Assembly: GCA_965223265.1 (NCBI GenBank)
Contig: OZ244999.1
Span: 4,352,001 to 4,416,000 of the forward strand
DNA length: 64,000 nucleotides
Source: Planctomycetota bacterium
GTDB lineage: Bacteria > Planctomycetota > UBA8108 > SXIK01
Direction of reading: 5' to 3'
A program made the position numbers and the translations under genes. Positions 9,571-20,317 of this stretch are shown here, one piece after another (within the stretch, counting starts at the first letter, position 1; the number at the start of each line of letters is the position of its first letter). Below the pieces are notes generated by a model, which saw only the letters and a list, made by a program, of their open reading frames with translations, was not told the DNA's origin and did no database searches.

Positions 9571-10871
9571 GAGTTGATCAGGTGCTCAAGCCACTCCTGG
9601 CGACCACTGACATTCGTGTCAGCCTCGCCCTTGTTGAGCATGTAAGTCTCGAGTGACTTGAAATCGGCACGACCACTCTCGATTTCAGCACCGATCCCGG
9701 TATCCCAGGAGCTGTAGCGCTCCTTCACAAACGCATTCAAGCGCCCTTCGGCGCGGATCGCGGCAGCAATCTTAAGACCGCGCGCAAACGCATCCATGCC
9801 GCTGATGTGCGCGTAGAAGAGATCCACTGGCTCGAAACTTTCACGCCGCACCTTGGCGTCAAAGTTGATTCCGCCTGGGCTCAAGCCGCCGTACTTGAGC
9901 AGCGACAGCATGCACTGCGTGGTCAAGTAGATATCGGTCGGAAACTGGTCAGTGTCCCAGCCGAGAAGAAGGTCGCCAGTGTTGGCGTCGATCGAGCCAA
10001 GAAAACCCTGCGACCCGGCGTATTCGATTTCGTGCTGAATCGTGTGACCGGCCAGCGTCGCATGGTTGGTTTCAAGGTTGAGTTTGAAATGATTACCGAG
10101 ATCGTACGCACGGAGGAAATTGATACAGTTCGCCGCATCAAAATCGTACTGATGCTTGGTCGGCTCTTTGGGTTTCGGCTCGAGCATCAGCTGCCCATCG
10201 AATCCGATCTCCTTGGCGTACGCTACAGCCATATGAAAAAACGCGGCAAGGTGGTCCAATTCGCGCTTTAGGTCCGTGTTCCACAGATTCTGATACCCTT
10301 CCCGCCCACCCCAAAAAACATAGCCGCTGCCACCTAGCTCTTTGGTGACTTCCATCATCTTCTTGACTTGTGAAGCAGCATACGCGAAAGCATCTGCGTT
10401 GCTGCTTGTCGCCGCGCCATGGACGTAGCGCGGGTGACTGAAAAGATTCGCAGTACCCCAGAGAAGGCGTATGCCGGTGCGCTGTTGCTCTTCCTTGAGC
10501 GCCGAGACAACGGCATCGAGGTTGGCGTGACTTTCCGCCAGCGTCGCGCCCTCGGGGGCCATGTCGCGGTCATGAAAGCAGTAAAACTGAACGCCGAGCT
10601 TCTCCATAAACTCGAAGGCTACGCGCACTCTCTTCTTGGCGTTCTCGACGGAGTCCGTCGCAGCTTCCCAGGGCCGCACCATGGTCGGTGCGCCAAACGG
10701 ATCACCACCACCGCCACGAAACGTGTGCCAATAGGCGACGCTGAACCTGAAGTGCTCCTTCATCGGCTTGCCCTCAACGACTTCGTCTGCATTGTAGTGA
10801 CGAAACGCTAGGGAGTTCTTCGAGTTCGGCCCTTCGTAACGAATCGGTTCAACGTCGGGAAATGCGCTCAT
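9561..10871 (-). CDS. xylA: Xylose isomerase (class II)
   Basis: [47 protein letters not shown]. Start reassigned to MSAFPD. 3' end overlaps dacB by 10 nt. Confidence 0.97.
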   Translation of the reverse strand: MSAFPDVEPIRYEGPNSKNSLAFRHYNADEVVEGKPMKEHFRFSVAYWHTFRGGGGDPFGAPTMVRPWEAATDSVENAKKRVRVAFEFMEKLGVQFYCFHDRDMAPEGATLAESHANLDAVVSALKEEQQRTGIRLLWGTANLFSHPRYVHGAATSSNADAFAYAASQVKKMMEVTKELGGSGYVFWGGREGYQNLWNTDLKRELDHLAAFFHMAVAYAKEIGFDGQLMLEPKPKEPTKHQYDFDAANCINFLRAYDLGNHFKLNLETNHATLAGHTIQHEIEYAGSQGFLGSIDANTGDLLLGWDTDQFPTDIYLTTQCMLSLLKYGGLSPGGINFDAKVRRESFEPVDLFYAHISGMDAFARGLKIAAAIRAEGRLNAFVKERYSSWDTGIGAEIESGRADFKSLETYMLNKGEADTNVSGRQEWLEHLINSYL

Positions 10872-11026
10872 TGCTAGCCTCTTATGAATTCTCCAAAGCC
10901 CTCGACAAGCAGCGGTCAGCCGGCAACGTCGAGAAAGAAGCCGCCATGGTGCCAGATCGCCGCGCTGCTTGGCAACATCGCAATCGATCAACGTCGCAGC
11001 GATGGCATGTCATCACACGTCTCTGC

Positions 11027-12364
11027 TCAGCCGCCGAGCCACACCCTTTTGACGACGACTCGATAGTTCGCCGCCGCCCCATCCATGCTCAGCAAAACCG
11101 CGTCGCTCCGCGCCCCACGCGTCAGCACACCGCGATCATCGAGGCCAAGGAGCCGCGCTGGGTTCGTCGCGCAGACCTGACAAGCGAGATCCATCGCACC
11201 CTCTATCGGCAGAGCCTGGTGCTCGCGATAGTAGACGCCCTGCATGTCACGGCTCACCAGGTTGACAACGTTCTCGAAAACCTGGTTCATGTGAATCGCT
11301 GCCCCAAAGAGATTGGAGCGATCCGAGCTGAACGGATTGGAGTCCGCGGCGTTCAAGACCTCCAAATAACGCCCATCCGGGGACACTCGGCCAGCGACTC
11401 CGTAGGCTTCGAATTCAGACGACGGAAAACTGAGGGCAAAGCCTGCATCGCTGACGGCGATGAATCGCGACGAACCTTTTCGCGCGAGCCAGTCGCGGAC
11501 GAGGTCGAAATGGACATGATAGCCGTCTACGATCACCGTGATCATGATGTCGTCGTTACGCAGGGATTCCTCGAGCATACCGCCGTCGTTGAAGCTCTTC
11601 AGGTTGGAGCCTGTCGGACCATTACCGAGATGGATCACGTAGCGTAGTCCAGCGTCGACAGCCTCGCGCAAACGTACGGCGTGCGGCTTTGCGTGTCCGA
11701 TACCACAGGTGATGCCTCGGGCCGTCGCAGCGCGAATCACGTCGACAGCCTCGTCACCCATCTCGGCAGCGACGTTGAGGAGCCGTACGCCACCCGTGGC
11801 AGTGAAGCGCTGCAAGACCTCCAGGCTTGGAGGCACGACCCACTGAGGGTTGTGAGCACCGCAGTGGGCGGGATTCATGAAAGTGCCCTCGACGAGTCCG
11901 CCGAGGAAGATCCCATCCCACTTCGTGCGTTCCGCATCCACCGACGTCCCGCGACCCAAGTCGCGCACGGCTGCCATGCCTTCGAGGTAGTCAACTATTT
12001 CATCAATCGGCGCCGCCAGCGTCGCCAGGCAGATACCGGTGACGCCGAGACTCGCTTGGTACTCCAGTACCCGACGGATGCGAGCCGCGTGTTCGTGCGG
12101 CGCTGCGGGGCCACGCATCATCCACTCGGCGTCGTTGACTTGGACATCAATCCACCCAGGCAGTAACCAGAGGCCACGGCCGTCGACGACTTCCGCTGCG
12201 GATGCTGACGCCGCGTCGGCGCCAACCGCTTCAACGCGGCCGTCGGCGAGGTAAACGTCGACGATCGTGCCTGGCGGCACGTCTGCGCCGACCACGTGGG
12301 CGCCGCGGATCAAAACCGACTCAGCCCGGTGTGGCAGAGTACCCGTCGTCTGCGGAGAGTTCAC
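11027..12364 (-). CDS. N-acetylglucosamine-6-phosphate deacetylase-like amidohydrolase
   Basis: PGWIDVQVN, EGTF, GAH, GH, HLGNG, DGYH, SDA, NPARLLG. Divergent from canonical NagA, so the substrate is uncertain. Confidence 0.75.
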   Translation of the reverse strand: MNSPQTTGTLPHRAESVLIRGAHVVGADVPPGTIVDVYLADGRVEAVGADAASASAAEVVDGRGLWLLPGWIDVQVNDAEWMMRGPAAPHEHAARIRRVLEYQASLGVTGICLATLAAPIDEIVDYLEGMAAVRDLGRGTSVDAERTKWDGIFLGGLVEGTFMNPAHCGAHNPQWVVPPSLEVLQRFTATGGVRLLNVAAEMGDEAVDVIRAATARGITCGIGHAKPHAVRLREAVDAGLRYVIHLGNGPTGSNLKSFNDGGMLEESLRNDDIMITVIVDGYHVHFDLVRDWLARKGSSRFIAVSDAGFALSFPSSEFEAYGVAGRVSPDGRYLEVLNAADSNPFSSDRSNLFGAAIHMNQVFENVVNLVSRDMQGVYYREHQALPIEGAMDLACQVCATNPARLLGLDDRGVLTRGARSDAVLLSMDGAAANYRVVVKRVWLGG

Positions 12365-12378
12365 TGCAAGGGCCTCAC

Positions 12379-13770
12379 TCAGGTCGCCACGGCATCGGCA
12401 AAAACGTCGCGAAACACTTCAAGGCTCTCGGCGAGCGCGTCGTCTGGGATGCTGAGCGGCGGTGCGATCTTCAAACAGCCGCCGCCAAGACCGACCGGAG
12501 CGAAGAGAAGCAAACCACGACGAAAGCACCCCTCAACGACGCGCGTCGCCAAGTCGGCGTCCGGATTCTTGCTGCCGGGCTCGACCACCCGCACACCGCC
12601 GACCAGTCCGCGCGCCCGGATGCAACCGATATGGTCGCCGTGACGCGCGCTAAGATCCTCGAGCGCACGCAGCAACGGTGTCTCCAAGCGTGCCGCGCGC
12701 GCGACCAAGTCTTCGCTCTCAAGAGCTTCGAGCGCGCCCAATGCAGCCGCAACTCCGAGTGGTGCGCCAGAGTGTGTCGATGTCATCGAGCCGACGGGAA
12801 ATTGATCCATGACGTCTGCACGACCGATGACAGCTGAAAGCGGCAGCGACCCAGAAATCCCTTTGCCGCAGGCGATCAAATCGGGGACGACCCCGTAGTG
12901 CTCGAACGTGAACATCTTGCCGGTGCGACCGAAGCCCGACTGCACTTCGTCGAACGCCAGGAGCGCGGCATGGCGGTCGCACCACCGCCGCAGCTCTTGA
13001 GCGTACTCGACCGGAAAAAAATCTGGTCCGATCCCGAGATAACTTTCGGAGAGCACGCCGGCGACGTCACCAGGCTCGACGCCGTGCGCCTCGAGCGTCC
13101 GCTCGAAGACCGCAAACGATGTATCCTCTTGTAGGTACCCATCCGGAAACGCGACTTGAATGAATGTGACGTCATCCGCACCAATCCAATCCTTCAGCGG
13201 TGGGATGCCACCAGCAAGCTGCGAGCCAAGAGTTCGCCCGTGAAAGCCCCCGCCAAACGAAACGATGACTCGCCGCTCGGAACTGTCTCGGCGCGCCCAC
13301 GCTCGCATGAGCTTGATCGTATTCTCGACGGCTTCGGACCCCGTTGTCAGCAAGAACACCTTGTCGAGTCCGTGCGGCGCGATGCGAACGAGTTCCGCGG
13401 CGAGATGAGCACGGTCCTCGTGGGCAAACACATACGTCGCGAGTTGCTTACGTTCCACGAGATCTCGAACGCGCGCGTGAATGCGCGGATGCGAATGGCC
13501 AGCATTCGCGACCAGCACGCACGACGACCAGTCGATCCACGAATTCCCGAACCGATCGTACACAAGCGCGCCTTCGGCGTGGTCCCAGAGGACAGGAGGT
13601 TGGCAGTTCATCGACACCGGTTCATAGCGCAGCAGCTGCTCGAAGTAAGGTACGGACTCTGGCACCGGAAGAGGCGTCCGAATTCTTCGGTACTTCGTCT
13701 CAATCTGCGGCACCGGTGTCGGCGTCAGAGAGAAACGTCCATACAGCTTTGGTTCAGTGGCTGGACTCAT
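12379..13770 (-). CDS. Class III PLP aminotransferase
   Basis: TGSEAVE, FHGRT, FDEVQSGFGRTG, PDLIACGKG (PLP lysine). Confidence 0.9.
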   Translation of the reverse strand: MSPATEPKLYGRFSLTPTPVPQIETKYRRIRTPLPVPESVPYFEQLLRYEPVSMNCQPPVLWDHAEGALVYDRFGNSWIDWSSCVLVANAGHSHPRIHARVRDLVERKQLATYVFAHEDRAHLAAELVRIAPHGLDKVFLLTTGSEAVENTIKLMRAWARRDSSERRVIVSFGGGFHGRTLGSQLAGGIPPLKDWIGADDVTFIQVAFPDGYLQEDTSFAVFERTLEAHGVEPGDVAGVLSESYLGIGPDFFPVEYAQELRRWCDRHAALLAFDEVQSGFGRTGKMFTFEHYGVVPDLIACGKGISGSLPLSAVIGRADVMDQFPVGSMTSTHSGAPLGVAAALGALEALESEDLVARAARLETPLLRALEDLSARHGDHIGCIRARGLVGGVRVVEPGSKNPDADLATRVVEGCFRRGLLLFAPVGLGGGCLKIAPPLSIPDDALAESLEVFRDVFADAVAT

Positions 13771-14615
13771 TGCTGATCTCCACGCACGAGGGCACCGCGG
13801 AATCTCTTTTCATCCGCGGGATGACAAACAAGAAGGTTCGTCCGCAGCTGCCATCGCCGAGGGTGATCTGACGCCAGGTGATACGTGTCCGCACTCACAA
13901 GAGAGGTGACCTCCCGTCGTATGCCGCCCGGTTCTACTGTGATCGAAAAACCTTTCCGGAGGAGCAGAGGCAAGGCGCCGGCAACATCCCACAGCTTGAC
14001 ACTACCAAGATAACTCACGAACCGCCCCTGCAGGAGCCCGACGAGCGGCACCACTGCCGCCCCCAGCGTCATCAGCGGGTTTGTGACCTCGACGCGACCG
14101 TACTTCGCCATCGCCTGAGTCACATGCACAAGCCGACGCTGATCCATGTCCGGCATCGGAGCAGCGAGCTCTGCCCACTCGAAGGCATCGCCGACGAGCC
14201 GCCCTTCGCGGACCTCTTCGCCGACGCTGAGCACGAGCTCGCGCATCGCCGGCATGTACACGGCGCCGTCGACAAGCTCGCCCGCCACCATACGGCCAAC
14301 TGAGACACCCCACGTCGGCATCTGGTGCGCATACGGTACGGTACCGTCGATCGGATCGATCACAAAGCACTCCGACTCGAAGGCTTTCGCGATGTACTCC
14401 TCTCCCTTCGTTGCGATCGTTTCCTCGCCGATGATGCGAGTGCCAGCGGCCTCGTCTTCGAGCTCCCTTGTTAGCAGGGCCTCAACCTCACGGTCGACCT
14501 CCGTCACGAGCGATCGATCCTCTTTGAACTCCCACGTCAAACCGCGCTGCTTCTCGAGAGCGTACTTTCCGGCTTCAAGGAGAAGTGCTGTGATCTTTTC
14601 CGGATTCCAAGCCAT
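13767..14615 (-). CDS. Inositol monophosphatase family protein
   Basis: VTEVD, GEE, IDPIDGT, WDVAG; ATGA overlap with the aminotransferase. Confidence 0.88.
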   Translation of the reverse strand: MAWNPEKITALLLEAGKYALEKQRGLTWEFKEDRSLVTEVDREVEALLTRELEDEAAGTRIIGEETIATKGEEYIAKAFESECFVIDPIDGTVPYAHQMPTWGVSVGRMVAGELVDGAVYMPAMRELVLSVGEEVREGRLVGDAFEWAELAAPMPDMDQRRLVHVTQAMAKYGRVEVTNPLMTLGAAVVPLVGLLQGRFVSYLGSVKLWDVAGALPLLLRKGFSITVEPGGIRREVTSLVSADTYHLASDHPRRWQLRTNLLVCHPADEKRFRGALVRGDQQ

Positions 14616-14761
14616 CAAACCTCACTACGACAAAGTGACTCTGTTCAAAAGAGGTCACACAAAGGGCTGCGGTGCATCGTGAGTGCGATGACCGGCCGAT
14701 ACCGCACCACGCGCTGACAATACCCAGACCGTCTCAGGTTCGTGCCGCGGCAAAAAGCAGT

Positions 14762-16636
14762 TCACGGACTTCCCATCGCTTGGGGGGCGCCCTCCGTGAG
14801 CTGAACCGACGAGTCGAATATGTCGCCGTAGCGCTCTTCAACGCGGCGTCGAATCAACTTCCCGGATGGCCCGAGGACCTCTGCCTCCTTGAAGCCCACC
14901 GGGCTGATCACCCAGCGCTCGACACGCTCGTCGACGGGACGCTTTTCGTTAAAGTCACGCACGCACGAGGCCGCATACTCGTGTAGCTCACGTTCGTCGC
15001 CGCGAGCCGCGTCGCTTCCTTCAACGGGGCGCGTGAAGAAGACAGCGCCAAGGCGCGGCTGTCCTTCACCGATGACAACGATCTCTTCAAATCGATTCGC
15101 CCGCTCCAGATCGATCGTCTGCATCTCTTCTTCGAACGGAATCGGGTTGTAGTTGAGACCGTTCTCCGTCGTGATGCGGTCCGATGCCTTGCCGAGGACG
15201 CGAAGCCGGCCGGCGGCGTCGAACTCCGCGAAGTCGCCCGTGCTCTTACGACCACCGAACTCTACGAACGATCCATCAGGATCGTGGTAGCCGCGGGCGA
15301 TCTGAGGCCCCTCGACGATGAGCTCGCCGTCCTCAAGGTAAGCCTTGCTGCCAGAAAACATCGGCCCACATGTTCCGAAGGCACCGCGGAACCGATCGCC
15401 AATGCTGCAGACCGCAAGTGGCCCTGTCGTCTCAGTCATGCCCCAGCCCTGCAGGCAACGAATTCCCATGACTTCCATAAAAGCCATCGCTTTGAGATTC
15501 GGTTTGGCACCACCGATGACGACGAACTCGGGCGACCCGAGACGGCCCCGGAAAAGGCGACCGAACAGACGCCGCGCGGTCAGAATGGCGCCGCGACGCC
15601 TCAGGCCGATGTGCCTACCTTGTTCGCGGTCGATGACTGCATCCTCCGCCTGTTGAACGACACGCTTCAGGCGACGGCGCACCCGCAGCGGAATGCGCGC
15701 CAGGCGCCGCAGCGGCTCCGGTGCCGTTTTGGGATCGAGATCCGAGGTGAGTCGGTCGTAGAACCCCGATCGCATTCGATTCAGCACGATCGGCACGAGG
15801 ATCATCCCGTTCACCTTACCCGTGACCGCCTCCGGCAGGCGCGAAAGGTACTGAACGTCTGAGAAGAGAAGACGCTTCGGTTTGACGGCCAACAGTCCCA
15901 AGATCACAACGAATGCAAAGACGTGGCTGGTTGAAAGCGGACTGTGAAGCGTCATGCCCTGGTAGAGAAAATCGATGTCGCGGATGTTGTCGACGGCAGC
16001 GTCTATGTTTCCAAGCGAGATTTCTGTCAGCTTCGCGAGACGACCTGAGGTCCCCGACGTGAAGATCCAAGCGCACGGGTGATCTGGCGGCAGACCCGCG
16101 AGGAGCGAGCCTCCGGTGCTCGAGGCGCCCAACGCCGCGACATCTTCGCCTTCGCCGCTGGCGCCGCCACCATCGGTCTCAGCCAAAAGCTCTTCGAGGG
16201 AGAGAGTCAGCACTCGCGAGATGAGGGTGTCGGCGACGTCACCGCCCTCGTCACCACCGCGCGGAGTGAGAAGCCAACGCTCGGCGCGTCCGCGAAGCCC
16301 ACCGCCGGCAATGACAGCACCCAGGCGGTAGGCGGCGAGATACTGCCGCTGCGTTGCCTCCGACCAGTTCGGATAGAGCGGAACAACCGTCCAGCGCTCG
16401 GCCATCGCAGCGAGAGTAGCGACGAGAAACTCGATGGTCTCTTCCGGCTTGAAGAGAAGACAGATCACCTTGCGGCCGTCGACATCCCAACCGCGCAGCG
16501 CGTGGCGAAAACGCTCGGCGGCGAGAAGCAGCTCCGTCCCGGTCACCCGACGCGCGACTCTGCCAGCACGGTCGTACGCTTCGAGTGTCAAGCCCGACTG
16601 TGGCAGCGTTTCGAGGACTACATCGAGAACTGCCAT
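14762..16636 (-). CDS. AMP-dependent long-chain acyl-CoA synthetase-like protein
   Basis: FTSGTSG, GWGMTET, TGD, SGKL; SD GGAGGTG before the ATG at 16636. Confidence 0.85.
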   Translation of the reverse strand: MAVLDVVLETLPQSGLTLEAYDRAGRVARRVTGTELLLAAERFRHALRGWDVDGRKVICLLFKPEETIEFLVATLAAMAERWTVVPLYPNWSEATQRQYLAAYRLGAVIAGGGLRGRAERWLLTPRGGDEGGDVADTLISRVLTLSLEELLAETDGGGASGEGEDVAALGASSTGGSLLAGLPPDHPCAWIFTSGTSGRLAKLTEISLGNIDAAVDNIRDIDFLYQGMTLHSPLSTSHVFAFVVILGLLAVKPKRLLFSDVQYLSRLPEAVTGKVNGMILVPIVLNRMRSGFYDRLTSDLDPKTAPEPLRRLARIPLRVRRRLKRVVQQAEDAVIDREQGRHIGLRRRGAILTARRLFGRLFRGRLGSPEFVVIGGAKPNLKAMAFMEVMGIRCLQGWGMTETTGPLAVCSIGDRFRGAFGTCGPMFSGSKAYLEDGELIVEGPQIARGYHDPDGSFVEFGGRKSTGDFAEFDAAGRLRVLGKASDRITTENGLNYNPIPFEEEMQTIDLERANRFEEIVVIGEGQPRLGAVFFTRPVEGSDAARGDERELHEYAASCVRDFNEKRPVDERVERWVISPVGFKEAEVLGPSGKLIRRRVEERYGDIFDSSVQLTEGAPQAMGSP

Positions 16637-17072
16637 GTCACCTCCCTTCGAGTTGGCTTCAAGCAACTCTCCGAAGCACTCTATTTGTGGGTCGGAGTCA
16701 AGTCAAGCAAATGCGCCGCCCTGAGGGTCGCCCTCACGGTGGCCTCATGACCGAACACCGAACATAGCGCCGCCACACCCACAGCACAGGTGCTTCGTTC
16801 TTGCTTTTGCCTGACGTCAAAGATTTAGTGATGGAACGCAGCCTCGAGTTCGACCGTTTCGCTTCGGCCGTGCGAGTGCCGGACGCGTCGAGGCCAAGGA
16901 GTTACTCGAGCGCGCCGGCTCGGATCGTGGCGGACCGGCGCCGGCATCGGTACTCCTCGCTCATCCCGATAGGTCGGAGGGCGTTCTTGGACACAAGCCA
17001 AGGCTCTCAGGAAACAAAGAACCCACATGCCTTTTGAAGCCCTGTAAACTCGTCCGCGTAGACGCGCGCGAA

Positions 17073-18329
17073 ATGGACAACTCGAGGCAACCCGGACCGG
17101 AACCCCTTCGTCAAGTGACACCCAAACGACGCTTCTCGCTCATCTGTGTCTGCCACTTTGCTGTCGACGCCTATGCGTCGTTCTTCAGCCAGATCGCGGC
17201 GGTCGTCCGCATGGCGCCGGAAGCGCTCGGGCTCGCCGGCACGCTGTTTCAGTGTTCGCTGTCCTTCTCCCAGCTCGCCTTCGGCTTTCTCGCCGACCGC
17301 GGCCGCCCCTACCGGCACATCGTCTTCGGCATCTTCGCAGCCGGGACGTTTCTCAGCCTTGCCGCCGCCATCACGCACCAAACCTGGCTGTTCACGACCC
17401 TCCTCGTTCTTGGTGGACTCGGCATTGCATCATTTCATCCCGCGGGTGTCGTCATGGCAGCCGAGTCCTCACCTCACGGTCGAGCGGTCGGTGTCTCACT
17501 GTTCGTCATGGTCGGTACGATCGGATTCGCGCTGGCCCCCGTCGGTTTGGTGCGATTCATCGAAGCTTTCGGCCTCCAAAACGTGCCTTTCCTCGCCGTG
17601 CCTGCTGTGTTACTCGCTGCCGCCGTGTTTCTCCCCTTTCGCCGAGACACGTTGGCGCATATGAGCACCGCCGCACGTGAAGCCGACGTGCACTCGGACA
17701 CGAGAAGTGACGAAAAACTGTCGGCGCTGCGCACCCCGTGGATCGAGCATCGAGCCACGATCTTCTGCCTCTACGTTCTCGTTGTCGTCCGATCGGCGCT
17801 ACAAGTGTCGATCGGCATGTTCCTGCCGCGCCTCCTCGTTGAGTGGAACTACACCGACGGCCAAGCCGCATGGGGCTTTGCCCTCTTTTCGGCCGGCGGT
17901 GCCGTCGGCATGTTTACAGGGGGCATTCTGACAGCACGCGTCGATCGTCAAGCCTTGCAGCTCGTCTCGAGTCTCGTCGGCATCCCTGCAGCGCTGACGT
18001 TTCTGCTCCTGACTCCGCCGCTCCCGCTTCTCTACGCCCTCATCGCGATCGCAGGGTTCTTCATTTTGTTGACGAATTCGATGCACATCATCATGGGCCA
18101 GGAGCTGGCTCCCCAAAGCGCCCGCACCGTGTCGAGCCTCATGATGGGTGTCGGCTGGGGCGTCGGCGGCTTGGGACCGACGATCGTCGGCAACCTGGCA
18201 CCACAACTGGGAATTGCCGGCGCGCTCAGCGTCGTCGTCGGGGCTGCGCTCCTGACGCTGCCGATGACGCTCCTTCTGCCCAAGCGCCCCGTCGCCTCCG
18301 ACCACGCCGCTGCGGTAGAAACGTCGTGA
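17073..18329 (+). CDS. MFS transporter (Fsr-like)
   Basis: About 12 hydrophobic helices; HFAVD, QLAFGFLADR, GIASFHP motifs. Confidence 0.88.
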   Translation: MDNSRQPGPEPLRQVTPKRRFSLICVCHFAVDAYASFFSQIAAVVRMAPEALGLAGTLFQCSLSFSQLAFGFLADRGRPYRHIVFGIFAAGTFLSLAAAITHQTWLFTTLLVLGGLGIASFHPAGVVMAAESSPHGRAVGVSLFVMVGTIGFALAPVGLVRFIEAFGLQNVPFLAVPAVLLAAAVFLPFRRDTLAHMSTAAREADVHSDTRSDEKLSALRTPWIEHRATIFCLYVLVVVRSALQVSIGMFLPRLLVEWNYTDGQAAWGFALFSAGGAVGMFTGGILTARVDRQALQLVSSLVGIPAALTFLLLTPPLPLLYALIAIAGFFILLTNSMHIIMGQELAPQSARTVSSLMMGVGWGVGGLGPTIVGNLAPQLGIAGALSVVVGAALLTLPMTLLLPKRPVASDHAAAVETS

Positions 18330-18393
18330 CCCGCTGCATTGGACGAGAGGGGTGGTGAGCAAAAGTGCGCGCGGCGACTGGACGGAAGGGCGC

Positions 18394-20304
18394 TCAGAAA
18401 TCGAGGTCGTCGGCTTCTGCCGCACGCTCCATGACGAAACGGTAACGGGCGGAAGGGTCCTTTCCCATGAGCTCGTCTACGGCGCGGTCTGTCTCGATCT
18501 CGTCGACGACGAGGACCTTGAGTAGCTGCCTCGTGGCGCGGTCGAGGGTTGTCTGCTTGAGCTGGGTCGGTGACATCTCGCCAAGGCCCTTGAATCGCGT
18601 GATCGCATCGCTCCGCAGCCTACCCCCGGCTTCCTCAACGATACGCTCGCGTTCTTGATCATCCCAGGCCCAGTGAACGTCGCTTCCTTTTTCGATGCGG
18701 TAGAGGGGAGGCATTCCGAGATAGACATATCCGCCCCGCACCAGAGGCGTGAGATGGCGGTAGAAGAACGTCAGAAGCAGCGTCGCGATGTGATGCCCGT
18801 CGGAGTCCGCATCGGTCAGGATAACGATCTTGTGGTAGCGAAGCTTGCCAATGTCGAACGTCTTGCCGAAACCGCAGCCGAGCACCGAGACGAGATCGGA
18901 GATTTCCTTGTTGGCCATCACCTTGCTCAAGCTGGCCTGCTCGGTGTTGAGGACCTTACCGCGCAGCGGCAAGATCGCTTGCGTCTTACGGTCACGTCCT
19001 TGCTTCGCCGTGCCGCCGGCCGAATCGCCTTCCACGATAAAAAGTTCGCTCTCATACGGCTGCGTGCTCTCGCAGTCCGCCAGTTTGCCGGGAAGGTTCA
19101 ACCGGTGGGACACCGCGGTTTTGCGCGTCACCTGTTGAACCGCGGCGCGTGACGCGGCCCGGGCACGCGCCGCGAGAATCGCTCGCGCTACAATCGCCTG
19201 CGCCACCGTCGGATTCGAATGGAAGTATTTCTCCAGCGCCGAAGAGACGATCGCCGCCACTTGGGCCTGCACCTCCGGGTTGTTGAGCCGCTCTTTCGTC
19301 TGCCCTTGAAACTGCGGCTTCGTCAGGTAGACGGAGAGTATCGCCGTCAAGCCTTCTCGCACGTCCTCGGCCGTGACGGAGACACCCTTCGGGGAAAGGT
19401 CGTGGCTCTCCATATAGCTGCGCACCGCCTTGACGACGCCCGACTTGAGACCGAGTTCATGCGTTCCTCCCATCTGCGTCCGCACACCGTTGGCGTACGA
19501 ATGGATGAACTCCGCGGGTTCGTCGGTCCAGAGGAGCGCCACTTCGAGACGCGGATCCTCTTCGCGCGCTAGATAGAACGTGAAATCCTGCGTCGGCTGA
19601 TGCCGGCGCGACGCGACAATTTTGTTGAGGTACTCCTGAATCCCGTTTTCATACTTGAACGTGTGCGATTCGCCGCCAACGCGATCACGAAAGACGATGC
19701 GCAGACCCTTGTGGAGATAGGCCTTCGACTCAAGGACTTCACGAAGTTTCTTCGGGTCGAATTTCGTACGCGTGAAGATCTTAGGATCAGGCCTGAACCA
19801 GATCGACGTCCCGGTGCCGCGCGCCTTGCCTCGTTTCTTAACCGGTGCGGTCGGCTTGCCGCGGCGATAGCGCTGTGTATACTCGCCGCCGTCGCGGCGA
19901 ACTGTAGCGACGAGCTCGTCGGAAAGCGCGTTGACCACCGACGAACCGACGCCATGAAGGCCGCCCGAATGAATGTAGTTTCCGTCCTCGAACTTTCCGC
20001 CAGCGTGCAGCGTCGTCAGGATCGTCTCGAGCGCTGGCTTCTTCGTCTCGGGGTGTTTGTCAACCGGAATGCCGCGACCGTTGTCAGAGATCTCGATCCC
20101 TTCGGAGTCCTGATCGAGCTCGACCTCTACCGACGTCGCGTAGCCGTTGATCACTTCGTCGATCGAGTTGTCAAGGATCTCCCACACGAGATGATGCAGC
20201 CCCGCCGTGTCGACGCCGCCGATATACATCGCCGGTCGGCGCCGTACCGGTTCCAGTCCCTTGAGGACGCTGATGTTCTTCGCTGTATACTTCGTTGCAG
20301 CCAA
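18394..20304 (-). CDS. parE: Type IIA topoisomerase subunit B (probably topo IV ParE)
   Basis: VRRRPAMYIG, EILDNSIDE, SGGLHGVG, EGDSAGG, PLRGK, DADSDG, RFKGLGEM; no GyrB insertion. TTG start follows a GAGGAG SD. Confidence 0.85.
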   Translation of the reverse strand: MAATKYTAKNISVLKGLEPVRRRPAMYIGGVDTAGLHHLVWEILDNSIDEVINGYATSVEVELDQDSEGIEISDNGRGIPVDKHPETKKPALETILTTLHAGGKFEDGNYIHSGGLHGVGSSVVNALSDELVATVRRDGGEYTQRYRRGKPTAPVKKRGKARGTGTSIWFRPDPKIFTRTKFDPKKLREVLESKAYLHKGLRIVFRDRVGGESHTFKYENGIQEYLNKIVASRRHQPTQDFTFYLAREEDPRLEVALLWTDEPAEFIHSYANGVRTQMGGTHELGLKSGVVKAVRSYMESHDLSPKGVSVTAEDVREGLTAILSVYLTKPQFQGQTKERLNNPEVQAQVAAIVSSALEKYFHSNPTVAQAIVARAILAARARAASRAAVQQVTRKTAVSHRLNLPGKLADCESTQPYESELFIVEGDSAGGTAKQGRDRKTQAILPLRGKVLNTEQASLSKVMANKEISDLVSVLGCGFGKTFDIGKLRYHKIVILTDADSDGHHIATLLLTFFYRHLTPLVRGGYVYLGMPPLYRIEKGSDVHWAWDDQERERIVEEAGGRLRSDAITRFKGLGEMSPTQLKQTTLDRATRQLLKVLVVDEIETDRAVDELMGKDPSARYRFVMERAAEADDLDF

Positions 20305-20317
20305 TTCAAGAGACTCC

